Of a stretch of 64,000 bases of DNA, positions 1-13,274 are shown piece by piece. The stretch spans positions 6,097,672-6,161,671 of the forward strand of contig JAUZTB010000078.1 in assembly GCA_034780895.1 (NCBI GenBank), written 5' to 3'. The stretch comes from Rhynchobatus australiae (Eukaryota). Both the position numbers and the translations under genes were made by a program. Numbering within the stretch: position 1 is the first letter of the stretch; each line of letters opens with the position of its first letter. The notes beneath the pieces were generated by a model. That model ran no database searches and was not told the origin of the DNA. It saw only the letters and a list, made by a program, of their open reading frames with translations.

Positions 1-19
1 AGGGAAGGATGGATAGGAC

Positions 20-80
20 AAAGTCAAGTTCATTGTCATATGTACAGGTGCAATGAAAAACTTGCAGCAGCATCATATGA
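20..80 (-). mobile_element. Rex1/Babar-like LINE 3' tail fragment
   Basis: aagtcaagttcattgtcatatgtacaggtgcaatgaaaaacttgcagcagcatca resembles the reverse complement of such tails. Confidence 0.35.
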
Positions 81-669
81 GCAGCATTCAGAAAATTTGA
101 GCAACATTGTAGAAAATACATCAAAATCTGCCTTGGCGTATTTCCTTCATATAACTTGAAACTATTTTGGAAGTTAATGTTGATAAGATCCTGAGTTTTA
201 TTAATATAGTGGCCCCAAAGATGCTTGTATTTGGAAATTGCTATGATAGTTCAATTAGACTCTGGCTCTCAAACATGTATGTTGTTCATCAGTGATACAC
301 TCTTCAAATTTTATTTCTCAACCCAAAAACAAATTGATTCAATAAAGTTTAATGTTTTCAATTAAGACTTGTTCTGTTTATCTATCATGAATGCTGTAGT
401 CATCTTGAGTGCTTAATTCCAACCTGAGTCCCTACTATAATTTTTCTGGTCTGTTTTACTGACATTGAAATTGACCATATGTAAACTTCAACACAAAAGT
501 CCAGTGTACTGTACCTGTAACAGCATTGCTAGCAGTGGTATGTCAGTGGTGCTGATGAATGAGTTTTTTTTAAACTGCTCTAGCTTATCACCAGTTTGTA
601 TAATTTAAACCAAAAACATGAATGAAGGTCTTAAATCACCGGCAAAATGAATTGTGCTCTTTATTTTGA

Positions 670-852
<183 letters not shown>

Positions 853-2164
853 TGATGCATCTACATTGAGATAATGAAAAATAAGCAAAACTTTTCTTGC
901 AGAGGATTCCTGAAATAGATATCAGGATAAATTGTATGCCTTGCAAGGAATAAGTTTTGTTTGACTTCCAGATTGTTGCTCTCCCTGTCCAAGCCCTTTT
1001 TGAAGTATGGTTCTGCTGCTCAAGCAATTGTCCAGTAGTTCACTCAGCTGTGATTTTTATAGAAATTTTGATAAACTGTTTGTTCCATGATGGAAATTCT
1101 CTTATACAAGAATATCTGCTCTAAGATGTGTGTATTTATTTGTGTATTTCAACATGTTACATTTTGTGAATACAGCAAGTCCTTGTTATTTTGAGGGAAA
1201 GGGACAGGGGTGACTTTCAGATGGGGGGATAAAAGTGGAGATGCCATTCAGGCTGCTGGCAATGACAGTGGTCAACCCCTCCATGAATATAACAGTTGTT
1301 AAAGCAAGTTTCAGGTTGTATGTTTCAGCTTATAAAAATAAGCTGATCCCAACTCCGGCTCCAGCTGCACACTGACCATTGATAATTCACTCCATTACAT
1401 TTGTCAACATTCCTATTAATGCACAGCCAACCTCATGGGTATGCAGATCTGCTGATAATGTCAGCAGATAACAAGGACTTGGTGTGAAATACAAGTAAAC
1501 TGAATTACAAAAATCCACGTCTCCAGACCGCTGCTAGATTCTAGCATTAAAATAAAAAAGAATTTGGGCAGTTGTATTTTATACAGTCATTCCATAAGAG
1601 CTTTTCTTGACTAGATTAAGTGGTAATTTTAAGTTTTTAATGCAGAAGTACCAGTATTTTATGTGCATTTTGATAAATCTGGCGTTTTGGATCTTAACTG
1701 AGGGAAATGGAATATCCAAGGAGACATTCCAGGTCACCTCAATATTGGAAATAGAAACTGAATATTCTGACAATTCAATCAAGATCTTTTATTGATTGAT
1801 TTGAGGGGACCAGTGTACTTGTGGAGAACCAATGAAGAATTGGATGGTGTTTTCTGTTTACTGCAGCTGAGAGGTTTTCAGCATGACTTATGAGAAAGTT
1901 GTAGCGGATGGCTCCTAAGTATAGTGTCCTTACTGTCATGATTTAAAGTAATTTTTCAATGAATGTAGCAAATAGAATTGCAATATACAGAATGGGCTGT
2001 ATTTGTGTTTCACTTGGTATGTCTGGGATTAAATTTAAACTGCAGATTGAGATCATGAGTGTGAGGGCTCAGATTTAACTGCCCACCACTACTCCTTCCA
2101 GAGTGCTACATTTCAGTAAGACACAGAATAACACAGAATGAGTATCATCTCCATTTTTGCGCTC

Positions 2165-2770
2165 TCTACCCAAAAGAAGATGTAGAGAAGGTGCAATGAA
2201 GATTCACCAGATGATTTCCTCAGATGTAGGCATGTTCAGTGAGAAAAGAGACACAAGAAATTGTAGATGGTGGTAACTGGAGCAAAAAACAAGGTGCTGG
2301 AGGAACTCAGCAGGTCGAGCAGGACCTGTGGAGGCAAAGGGATAGTTGATGTTTAGGGTCAAGATCCTGCATCAGGACTGGAGCCCCATGATAATTACTG
2401 AGTTGATTTGGCCTTTACATTCTGTAAAGAGGTGATCTCTGAAAGTTATAAAACTCTTACAAGATATTGCAGTATTGCTGCAGGGAGGATGTTTTCCCTG
2501 GCTGAGGACCAGGGGATCGCAATCTCTGAGGGGCAAACCATTTAGGACTGAGATGAAGAGAAATCTCATCACTTGAGGGAGGATATTTTTCTTAAATTCT
2601 CTACCCTGGAAAGCTGTGGGTGCTCAGAGTTTATTCAAAACAATAATAAATTTCTGCATATTAAGGAAACAAAGGGTATGAGTGCAGTGCAAGAAAACAA
2701 TGTGGAGGTGGAACAGACATGGTCTTAATGAGTATCATCAGATGGTCTGCTTCTAACTGTTTTTATGAGT
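2165..2770 (+). mobile_element. Degenerate CR1 LINE 3' end, interrupted by a Penelope-derived element
   Basis: CR1 C-terminal motifs (agaaggtgcaatgaagattcaccag; ggtgatctctgaaagttataaa; tttaggactgagatgaagagaaat) followed by a 3'UTR-like tail. Confidence 0.6.
2247..2380 (-). mobile_element. Penelope-like (PLE) terminal-repeat-derived element with a decayed minimal hammerhead motif
   Basis: gtgctggaggaactcagcaggtcgagcag...gtttagggtcaagatcctgcatcaggactg; the reverse complement gives CTGATGC-AGG..CCT-AAAC, a decayed CTGANGA...GAAA core. Confidence 0.55.
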
Positions 2771-2869
2771 TAATTTTTTTTTGATGGAATAGGAGACAGC
2801 CGGGGACAGAAAACATTGATGCAAGTTTTCTGTAGGCCCTCAAGCAGTAGTGGTATTTTGGCCATAGTG

Positions 2870-4335
2870 AGAATCAGAAATTAGAAGAGTCTGAAAGAAA
2901 GGAAATACCATAATAATGGCAGGAGTTCAATTTGCATATGGACTGGCAATAGCGTGGAGAATGAATTCACAGAGTGGTTTTCTAGATCAGTATGCAGAAG
3001 AACTAACAAGACAACAGACCTTTTTCACATCTGGTGTTGTCCAGTGGGAAAGGATTAAATTAAAAATGTGGTAGTTAAGGAGCTTTTAGGGAAGGGCAGT
3101 CATTATATAGAATTTTTACATAAAGATGGAAGTGATTTAGTTCAATTTGAAATCTGGATCTTAAACTAAACTACAATGGGTGAGTTGAGTTTGGTGGATG
3201 GGCGGGGGAAAAAAAACTATTACAAGATGTTAGAGTCCACAATGACCAGCAGTTAAAGATCTAAATACATAATATACATAATTTGTAAAACAGATGTATC
3301 TTGAAGACGAGAAAACCCTCAAGAAAACTGGTTCAACTGTGCCAAATGCAAAACTAAATATAGTGGATCAAAGGAAAAAGTCTTGTATCATTGGCAAAAA
3401 AGCAGTGCGAACAAAATTTCAGAATTCAGCAAAGGGTGTCCACAAAATTTCCATGGTAATCTAGCATGAATTGTGAGCACAGTCTGTAAATGCTGCTTCA
3501 GATAGTAAAAAGCAAAGTAGCAAAAGTCATTGTGGTTCCCTTACAGACTGAGATGAGAAATTACACATTTTATGTTGTCTTTCTCCTGGGAATGAAACAC
3601 AGAAATAGTTGTGACCCAACAGATCCAGAATGAATGTAGAGCTGAAAGAAAGTAGCCTCAGTTTAACAAAGAAAAGTATTTTTTTAAAAAAGGGTTTTAA
3701 AAGAGGAGGATGTGTAAATTATGGAATAGTTCCACCCAAAATCAGTCCATCCATTGATTCTTGAGCTGTTTGGAAGGTAATAAATCTAATCCTGCTAATC
3801 AAAAAAGGTGAATGAGAGAAAAAGGGCAGTTGACCAATGGGGAACGGAAAAGTTAGCCTGATATCAGTCATGGTAAAATTGCTATAATTTATTATAGAGG
3901 ACGTGAACATTGGGCAATCAAATAGAATTGGGCAGAGTCGGTAGGCATTTATTTAGACTCGGCCAGCTCCATCATGGGCACAACCCTCCCTGCCATCAAG
4001 GATATCTTCAAGGGGTGATTTCTCAAGAAGGCAGCATTCGTCATTAAGGACCCTCACTACCTGAGACGTGCCCTCATCAGGTTACTACCATCGGGGAGGA
4101 GCCTGAAGACCCACACTCAATGATTCAGAAACAACTTCTTCCCCTCCACCATCAGGTTTCTGAACAGTCCACGAACACTACCTTGTTCCTCTTTTGCACT
4201 ACTTGTTTATTTTTGTCACGTATAGTAATTTTTATGTCTGTCTTGTTAAGCCGCAGCTGTACAGTGCAAGTTTCACAACATATGTCAGTGATAAATATGA
4301 TTTATGAAATGGAGACCAGTTTGAAAAGTCCAAGT
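2870..4335 (+). mobile_element. Highly degenerate CR1 ORF2 relic (endonuclease to RT start) hosting a Rex1 insertion
   Basis: Remnants such as taataatggcaggagttcaatttgcatatggactgg, gttagcctgatatcagtcatggtaaaattgct and, after the insertion, atttatgaaatggagaccagtttga. Confidence 0.55.
3955..4300 (+). mobile_element. Rex1/Babar-like LINE 3' end
   Basis: Translates to SASSIMGTTLPAIKDIF..LKKAAFVIKDPH..LPSGRSLKTHTQ.FRNNFFPSTIRFLN, followed by a typical 3'UTR. Confidence 0.75.
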
Positions 4336-4798
4336 TTTTTTAAAACTTGTAACAAGTGAAATAGTAGTTCTAAAACCACCAACAGCACCTTTATTGCTAT
4401 TCTTACTGAAATTAGTAAACTTCTTGAATATGCTGGGCTCCAGGCCATATCAGGCTGTATGTGTAACAATCAACTGTCTTATTTTTAATGTCATATCTGA
4501 ATTCTATTTTTTAAGCTCATCTATGCTCACATAATATTTTGGAAATGGCTCAAACATTTAGGCATTTTGGCGACCATAAGTCTAGTTTCATTTAGAATGT
4601 CATTCCTTTCATTGATTTGTGGAAGTGGAGTGAATAGATTTAAATTGATAACAGCATTTTTCTAGAACAGTTAATTTCCTTTTGTTTCCCTTCCAAATGT
4701 AAAATTAAGAATTGATAATCTATTGTTGTACTTTTACTGTTTAAACACTGTAAATCATAATAACTGTACAAAATAGATTTTCTTCCTTTCCTTAACAG

Positions 4799-4937
4799 CA
4801 AGGGGATGATATAGTCTTAATGGCAGAAGCTTTGGAAAAGATTTTTCTTCAGAAAATTTCAGAGATGCCACAAGAAGAGATTGAAGTACCTATACAGCCT
4901 GCCAAAGGATCACGGGGTAGAGGCAGAAAAGAAGCAG
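4799..4937 (+). CDS. brd4: BRD4 coding exon: BD1 helix C and RG-rich linker ([46 protein letters not shown])
   Basis: Acceptor ttcctttccttaacag|CAA and donor GCAG|gtaggg; 139 nt, phase 0-1. MAEALEK and RGRGRKE are BRD4-type rather than BRD2/3-type. Confidence 0.96.
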
Positions 4938-6090
4938 GTAGGGGATGTGTGTGTTTTACTTTCAAACTGTATTAGTGCTAAATTTAATATCAGTGGAATA
5001 AGGGTCATTCCACTATGATCAATGGTATTGCAAACTGTTAAGCAGTTGGAATTCCTAAGGGTCTGTTTCCTCGTCCTTCCCCCAGATAAGCCTTATTTTG
5101 GAGGTGAAATATTTGATAGTGATTTGGTTACCACACCTGTCACTTAATTTTATAAAAATTATTTGCGTGTATCCCCTTGTGTAGAGGATTTTTAACCAGC
5201 TTTTCTTTAAACCTATAGTTTCCCTTAACAGAATTGGTGTTGGCCATGAATGATGTTAAATAATTTGCTGCATACTGGGTCTCATTTGATGGACTGAACA
5301 GAGCCTCTCTCATGCAAGCCTTTTTCCCTAATGAAAGCATTGAGAGATCATGTTACTGCTACATCTGAACTGTCAGTATTGCTGTTACTGATCAGCAAAG
5401 GGGTTGACTACCCTGGATGCAGAACACTGAAATATCTCTAAGTATCATGTATAGTTGTGAACTTGACAATGTCTAAAAACTTAACATCTTTTCTGAGGTG
5501 TGATGAAGGAATCAATTTTGAGAGATTTTACAAATTGAACTCTTCCAATCCGTTCATGAAAAGCTGACAGCTTTAAATTTTATTTTAGTTTAGTATTCAC
5601 ATAAGATTGTTAGCAATTATCTACATGATTAGAGGGACAGATGCTCAAAAAGGTGCAGTTTTTCCATTCTAACTGGTGGGTGCCTACATGTCTTTTGAAA
5701 ACTTTTCATATTCCTCCTACCAGCAAAAGTTGAAATCATGCTGGAAATGTCTTTTTGTAATGTCTTCTATGATTTTCCAGGGGATAAAACAATCAAGAGG
5801 TCACTTAAATATTGAAAAGTTATGAACTGTACATCATCCTCTGTTCACTCATAAATGTTTTATAGCTAATCAAGTGGTTTTGAATTGCTTTCTGCACATA
5901 AAGGTTCTCAGTCACACTTGATAAAATTTAATTGATTTATATTGGTTCTTTAATGTATTAATTAAATTCGGCTGATCCAGGAGATGGTTTAGCATCTCCT
6001 ATGGAAGGCGAACACTTTTTTTATGGTNNNTCCACCTATTTGTAATAGTTTTTGAACTATTATATTGTGGCGGTCTTTTTACACTAGACA

Positions 6091-6435
6091 AGGGTGGCAC
6101 AGTGGTGTAACAATTAGCCCAGCTGCTTCATGCCTCCAGAGACTTGGACTCCATTCTGACCCTCCAGTGTTATGTGTGGATTATGCATGTTCTCCCTTTT
6201 GAATGTGTGGGTTTCCTCTAGGTGCTTCAGTTGCCATCCACATACCAAAAGCATGCTGGTTGGTAGGTTAAATAACTACACATTATCCCTAATGTAGGTG
6301 CGTGGTAGGTAAATCATGTGGGAGAGGGGGAGTTATTACTGATGAGGAAGATAAAATAGTATTAATATAGATGGGTGTTTGATGTTGGCATGAATACAAT
6401 GTGCCAAATTACTATTTTCTATGCTCTGACTCTGG
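6091..6435 (+). mobile_element. tRNA-derived V-SINE (HE1-like), degenerate
   Basis: Head ggtggcacagtggtgtaa; V-domain gcatgttctccc...gtgggtttcctctaggtgcttcagttgccatccacataccaaaagcatg; CR1-like tail. Confidence 0.7.
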
Positions 6436-7558
6436 TAATGAGATTTAACTTAAGTGATAATCGGCAGTCCCAAAAAGCATCAAAAACAAGTTGCACGGCA
6501 GAATTACTCTTTTTAAGCACATCATTGTCCTTTTTGGTTTATGGGGTTTATTTTTATGTGACAGGATGAGTGAGCTTAATGTGATACTTCAGTTTGAGTG
6601 TCAACATGTTCTTTGATGTACCACCACTGCANNNNNNNNNNNNNNNNNNNNNNNNNNNNNNNNNNNNNNNNNNNNNNNNNNNNNNNNNNNNNNNNNNNNN
6701 NNNNNNNNNNNNNNNNNNNNNNNNNNNNNNNTGTTGTACATGAAGCCTGGGTGGGGAATGGTTAGGAAGCTGGAATTAGTTGATGGGAAGGATAATTGTT
6801 GCCATCAGGTAGTGGTGGTGGAAACTGAGGTTTTAGTTGACAGTGGGTGAGTGTTTGGAGACATGGATGTTAAGATTAGGCAGGAGAAGGGTGAAGGGAG
6901 ACCTGTAGTTAATTTGAAGGGCACCCACCTGAAACCAGGTCTTTGTGCTGAATTCTCCAGGCTGGGACCTACCCTGGCAAATTCCCCTTGAGTCTCCCTG
7001 AAACAGAGCATACAACTGTCTGAGTAGCCATAACATCCCCTGACCACGTGCATGTTTACTTCATGAAATTAGTGTTCAGACATTTGCATGATGTTGGACG
7101 CCATTGTGCATCCTCGGCACTTCCGTGCATCGTGCAAGGAGGAACCAAATTACAACCCCCTCCCCAAAGATGCAATAACAGAATTTTATCAGAAAACTGA
7201 TCATGTAGTACATGTAATTGGTTGTGCTATTTCATAGAATTTCTAGGCTCCTGTGTGTTAGTTTTCCACATAAATGTTGTTAGACTTCAGTGTTGAGCAA
7301 TTTCTTCCTTCAGTATCCCACCAGGAGTGAAGTTTGTGCTTTATTTTTGCTACCTTAAAAATTCTGTTCCCTTGCCCTTGCATCCTCCCAGACCAAAGAC
7401 TGGTTTATACACTGGATCATGCCACAACCCACTGAACCTTAATATTGTTACATTTTATGTATATGTTAAACTTGTGGTTACTGGAAAGTTTTGTTTTGAA
7501 CTCTACTTGAGTATCCATCTCTCTGGATATTTAATATAAATGACGTTTTGTTTTTTAG

Positions 7559-7863
7559 TTCAGTCTAAAACCAACGTGTCAACTGTACAGACTGCCCCCC
7601 AAGTGACAATGCCAGTATCGGCACCAGCACAACCACAGCAGCCACCACCCCAGCGGGCACCTCAGGCATCTCAGCCTGCACCATCACAGCCACAGCTTCC
7701 ATCAGTATCTGTGCCGGCACCCACACCCCAGTCATTTCCTCCTGCGACTCCTGACTTGATTGTCCAGCCACCAACGACAACAGTGTCTCCTCATACTTCA
7801 GCTCCCCCAATGCCGACACTCACGCCAACAACTGTGATGACAACAGCACCACAGCCTTTAAAG
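7559..7863 (+). CDS. brd4: BRD4 coding exon: Pro/Gln/Thr-rich inter-bromodomain linker (VQSKTNVSTVQTAPQ...TTAPQPLK)
   Basis: Acceptor gttttttag|TT and donor AAG|gtaatt; 305 nt, phase 1-0, keeps frame. Matches ORF 7540..7878; the PDLIVQ motif resembles the BRD4 linker. Confidence 0.92.
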
Positions 7864-8529
7864 GTAATTCCCTCTTGAGTAGCTTTTCCACTAGAGTGCC
7901 TAAGCTGGGATGTGGTTCTAAGCACGTGATTTAATGGCCTCATCTAAATGTACCCATGATGATCTCAATAATTTGTAGGAGTGGAGGACAAATTGCTTGT
8001 TAATAACTGATTTTCCAAATTGTAGACTATAATTGGTTTATTTTATTCCTTTTTTCTCATATTGGAAGATGATTTTTACTGACTTTTTGGTTCCCTAATT
8101 TTGGGGGAGAATTTGAGGAATAAGAACAGTGAGAAAATTTAGAGGGTGGAACTATGAATGTTGGTATAATCTCGATTTTGATTGAAGCATTTAGTTCTAT
8201 ATTCACATCTCTTTCACATTTTGAAAAATCTGATTAAAATTTGGAGATATTTAAGACAAATTCTGTCTGATAATACAAGCACTATCTGTTACCATGTCAC
8301 ACCTTTTCATTCTGTCATCAGAAATTGGCTCACCATTCCCTCCCGATGTGGTCAAAATCCAGGAATTATCCATTACGTGGGGAAAAATGAGGACTTTGAT
8401 GTCCACTTTATAGGTCATTAGGATGTTAGATTAATTCCCTTCTCAACTGCCATATATGTATGCTGTTCATTTACTATTTCCTAGAAGGTTGGGATATTTG
8501 AATCTAAAATGTTCTCTTTTATTTTTAAG

Positions 8530-8943
8530 CATAAAAAGGGTGTGAAAAGGAAAGCTGACACAACAACTCCGACAACCAATGTTCCAGTGAAGAGTCGAGA
8601 GTCTTCTCCATTAATGACTGAACCCAAACCTGCAAAGATCCCTTCCAGGAGTGGTAGACCTCCAAAGCCCACTAAGAAAGAGATTCCAGACTCCCAACAG
8701 CAGCAACATCTTGAGAAGGGTGGGGGTGGAAGTGTTGGGATTGTAGCTGGTGTTGGGGTTGTGGTTGGCAGTGGAAAAGTTTCGGAACAATTGAAGTACT
8801 GCACTGGCATTCTTAAGGAAATGTTCGCCAAGAAGCATGCAGCCTATGCCTGGCCCTTCTACAAACCTGTGGACGTAGACGCCTTGGGACTGCATGATTA
8901 TCACGACATTATAAAACACCCCATGGATCTCAGTACTATTAAA
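8530..8943 (+). CDS. brd4: BRD4 coding exon: motif A ([14 protein letters not shown]) and N-terminal half of bromodomain 2 (…[38 protein letters not shown])
   Basis: Acceptor tttatttttaag|CAT and donor AAA|gtaagc; 414 nt, phase 0-0. Contains the WPF shelf and PMDL motif; ORF 8509..9009. Confidence 0.97.
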
Positions 8944-10074
8944 GTAAGCCCATACCTTACAGTATTTTACAGCTGTAATTTTAGAGCTTGGATTATGAAG
9001 CATCATTGAATCTGTATTGATTATTCTGAGGTGTCAGTCATATTATTTTGAATCTTTTATGGATGTTTAAAATGTGTGCATTATTTCATTGTTGACCTTA
9101 AGACAATGTATTGTCAAAATCTCAAAGATTGGTTGAAGGCATAAGTTGCTTGGGATGAGACCTTAGTGCACTTGACGATATTCTGGTGGTGGTTTGAGTT
9201 CTTACATGTGGTCAGTGTAAATAACAAATTGATCCCAGAAGAGCTTTGAACTCCCAGCTTCTAGTTGATTTGATGAGATGGTTTGATGATCTCCCTAGCC
9301 CGGGGAAACTAGAGGTTAAAAGTTAATTCTAAGTATTATTTAAAGTGTTATACATTGGTCAACAAAGTTTCTTAAATACAAAGATTGATTTAGCATCCTT
9401 AACATCTAAGTCATTCCACAATCCAACTCCCTGAATTATGGCAGACCTTCCTTTCAATCTAGTTCTATACTTAGGCTTCACAAACATGTATGTTCCCTTA
9501 AGATTATAACAACTTAATCATTTAATAAAATACANNNNNNNNNNNNNNNNNNNNNNNNNNNNNNNNNNNNNNNNNNNNNNNNNNNNNNNNNNNNNNNNNN
9601 NNNNNNNNNNNNNNNNNNNNNNNNNNNNNNNNNNGAAGTAACATTTAAGGCCATGTCTATTTAACATTATATTAAAAAAAAGTATCAATGAAACCTATCC
9701 AGAATCAAGCTTCATCTTTTTAATTAAAAGAACATGTTGAAGACAGCAGATCTGCAGGCCATCTGGTAATTAGACAAACTATGTTCCATTGTTTATAGGA
9801 AAGATAACCAAAGTAACCCCATTCATTTGTAATCTCTTGGCAAAAGTAAACACAATTAAATCAACAAGTTACTAAATTCAGTAAATTATGTACACTTCGT
9901 AAAGTTTAGTAATTGACACTTGATGGTGGTCATCTGCTTTCTATTATTGTCTCACTAAAACTTCAGTTTAGCGGGATAATTAAATTTGAATTTAAAGTTT
10001 AATTTTGAGACACATTGGTAAATAGCTGTAGTTTACTTTTCCAACTAAACATGTAATGAGGGCAAGTTCCTGAA

Positions 10075-12020
10075 TTGCAATGGGCTTCATCCTAGGTTCT
10101 TAAGAAGTGGTTAGTGAGACAGTTGATGCATTGGTTTTAATTTTCCAAAATTCCCTAGATTTGAGGAAGTTTCCATTGGATTAGAAAATATCCATTGTTC
10201 CTCTGGGCAAAAAGTGAGAGAGACAAAGCAAGAAATTACAGGTCATTTATCTTATGTCATAGGGAAAATTTTTAAATCTACTTTTAAAGATAGAGCAGGG
10301 CAGTTAGATAAATTCAAGGTAGCCATGCAGAGTCAATGTGGTTTTGAGAAAAAGGGAAATAGTGTTTGAACAATTTTATTGAAAAAAGTGATTGTACCTT
10401 GCATAGTATTCCAGAGGGCCGCATCAAGGGATTTTGCGCAAATAAGAGCTCATGGTGTTGGAGTTAATATAAATGTGGATAGATGGCTGGCTGGTTAAGA
10501 GGAAAAATTAGGCATAGATGTCTTTCTAATTAGTGCGAAATAACAAGTTCAGCGCCACAAGGGTTTGTGCTAGATCCTTAGTTATTCACAGTTTATGTAA
10601 ATGGCTTGGATGAAGGGACCAAAGGCTTAGTTGTGAAATTTGCTGATGCACAAAGATAGGGAGGAAAGCAAATGGCGAAGGGGACATAAGAAGATACAAA
10701 GGATATAGATAAGTGAGTGGGCAAAAATATGGCAAGTAAGTAAAATGTAGGAAAATGTGAAATTGTCCATTTTGGTAGGAATATATATAAAAAAGAACAC
10801 TAATCTAAATGTGTGAGATTGTAGAGCTCCGAGAAGCAGAGGACCTGGGTGGCCTACTGCAGGATTCGTAGAAACCCAAAATGCAAGAACAGCAAGTTAT
10901 CCAAAAATTGTTTATTGTGAGTGGAATTTAATTCAAAAATATTGAGATTATGCTTTAGTTATGTGGGGCATTGATGAGCCCATGTGTGGGATAATATGTA
11001 CAGTATTAGTTTCCTTTTTAAATAAGGATATTGGAAGGAGTTTGGAGAAGGTTTACTGGACCCTTACAGTCCACCACATCCATGCCAACCATGATGCCAA
11101 TCTACGCTAATCCCATTTGCCTGTGTTAGGTCTGCATCATCCTACATCCTTCCAATCCAAGGATCCTGGACAAATGCCTTTTATACATTGTATCTACCTC
11201 TACCACTTTCAGTTTGCTCCAGATAGCTGCTACCCTCTATGGAGGGATGGTGGGGGGAATCTTGCCTGTCAGATCTCCTTTAAATTTATCCTCCCTCTCA
11301 AACCTGTGCTCTCTAGTATAGATCTCCTGCCCTTAGGAAAAGACTGACTATCCTATCTATGCCTCTCATAATTTTAATAACCTCTAAGGTCTCTCCTTAG
11401 CCTCTTCCATTCTAGTCTACCAGTCTATCTAATCTCTTGTATTTAAAGCCCTCCTTTCCAGTCAACATCCTGTAGAATCTGTTCTGTGCTCTCTGTTGCT
11501 ACCACATCCTTCCTGTAGTGTGAGCAGAACTGTACACAATGCTCTAGTGTATGATCTAACCAATGTTTTGTACAGCTGTAACGTGTTCCATTCACTTAGA
11601 ATGGATGGGTTGTCTTATGAGGAGAGGTTGTCGTCACCAACTTTTATCTGCTGGAGTTTAGGAGCAGGGAATTGAATCCACTCAGATCCTGAAAGGGTCT
11701 TGACAGTATGGACCTGGAGAAGATATTTCCTCTTGTGAGGAAAATCTGGAACAAGGAATGGTAAGGGTCTCCTAATAAGAGATATTGCAGTCTCAAAGGA
11801 TCATGAGTTTTTGGAACTTTTTTTTCAAAGGGTAGTGGAAGCAGTCTTTAATTTTAAGGCAGAGGCAAATAGATTCTTATTGGCAATGGGTGAAATAAAA
11901 CTGGAGTAAGTGGGAGTGCAGAGTTGAGGTTACAGTCAGATCAGCCATGATCTTATTAAATGGCAGAGCAGGCTTGAGGGACCCAGTTGCTCTCTGCTGC
12001 TCAGTTCATATGCTTGTATG
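10075..12020 (+). mobile_element. Degenerate CR1 LINE (RT domain to 3'UTR), split by an opposite-strand CR1 insertion
   Basis: PRVLKEVASE.VDALVLIFQNSLD-like start, gtgaaatttgctgatgcacaaagataggg (KFADD), and 3' end gagcaggcttgagggg...ttcatatgcttgtatg. Confidence 0.8.
11061..11590 (-). mobile_element. CR1 LINE 3' fragment nested antisense within the CR1 above
   Basis: ccaccacatccatgccaacc...ctaatcccatttgcctg...tatctatgcctctcataatttta...cagaactgtacacaatgctc is the reverse of a CR1 3' end. Confidence 0.75.
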
Positions 12021-12404
12021 CTATTAGTTAACATTACCAAATGGAAGACTGAATTTTATTGAAAACTGAGCCTCATGACTGATTACCTTGTCAATCTTGT
12101 TTGTGAAGAGTAAAACCGTTAATTGTGAAATTATATTTTTGAGTTTAATGATGAGCTCCACTGGTATTGTCTTGTGTTTATAAATAACCATTCAGAAATG
12201 TTGACCTCTTAAGTTATTTCATACCCTGATTTAAAATCAGTTTTGACTACGGATATGCACGTGTAATTATTTTCTTTCTCCCTGCATTATTTGTCATTCG
12301 AGTTGGTAAATATATAAAGAAATGTCCAGCAGCTTGTAAGCTTAAAAAATCAGTTTTGTTTCCTATATCTGTAAGTTACAAGCCTAGGAATATAATTACT
12401 ATAG

Positions 12405-12640
12405 TGTAAGCCTTTGGAGGGTGGTGAATCTTAAGAATTTCCTACCCTGGAGAGCTATACAACCTTGGTCATTGTGTTCACATGAAACAGAGATTGATAA
12501 ATTTCTAAGCATTGGAGAAATTAAGGGATATATGGGGATAGTGCTGAAAAATGGTGCTGAGGTGGCACATCAGCTATGATTTTGATGAATGGGGGTAGGT
12601 GGGCGCATATGGCCTGTTCCTATTTCTAATATTCTTACGT
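12405..12640 (+). mobile_element. CR1 3' end fragment
   Basis: gagggtggtgaatcttaagaatttcctaccctggagagct...cagagattgataaatttct...ggcctgttcctatttctaatattctta. Confidence 0.6.
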
Positions 12641-13274
12641 GCTGCCCACTGGGTTTGTCCTGGAAATTCAGGCTTTCCCACGTTTGTTGCAATTTTACAA
12701 CAGCTGTTTGTTGAAGTAAAATTTATTGTTTCAGAATAGTCTTGCTTCATTCCTTTAACAGTTGAGCATTCTTTTACATTAATTGTTTGGGATTATGAAG
12801 CGATAAATTACAAATACAAACTTCTTTTCAACATCTCATCCATAATATACATGAAACACTGCTTTTGCAGTGCCAACACTTGACATTATTATACATAGAG
12901 CATTCGTTTATAACTACAGTCCACCCCAACTCTCTATTTACAAATCTTCAGTCTGCTGTTGAAGTGCTAGATTGGTTCCAAGCATTGTCTGCATGTTAGC
13001 TGAGATAATCTTGGTAATCTAAACTGTATAAATTGTGCCAGTGAAGCCAGAACAACATCACTTAAAGGGATTCACAAAGTGGTGAATCAGAAGAGAACTT
13101 GGAAGCTATTGTGACAAGGAAAGTTGAACAAAATTCTGCAAACCCTGAAGATTACAATTGATTTTGGTACAATTGAATGGATAGTCCAAGTATGAAATTC
13201 CATTTCACTGATTCCATTATTTCAATAATATGTTGAAAATTAGTATTCCAGGTTAAAGCATCGGCAGGAAATAA

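Noticed and set aside
6732-7150. GC-richer segment with two minus-strand ORFs
   Set aside because: Probably a decayed LINE 5'/endonuclease fragment, but too degenerate to classify and with no splice or domain support.
8481-9006. Minus-strand ORFs of 116 and 131 aa (also 22914-23324, 29554-29829, 673-888, 7565-7819)
   Set aside because: Antisense shadows of brd4 exons with no independent coding signal.
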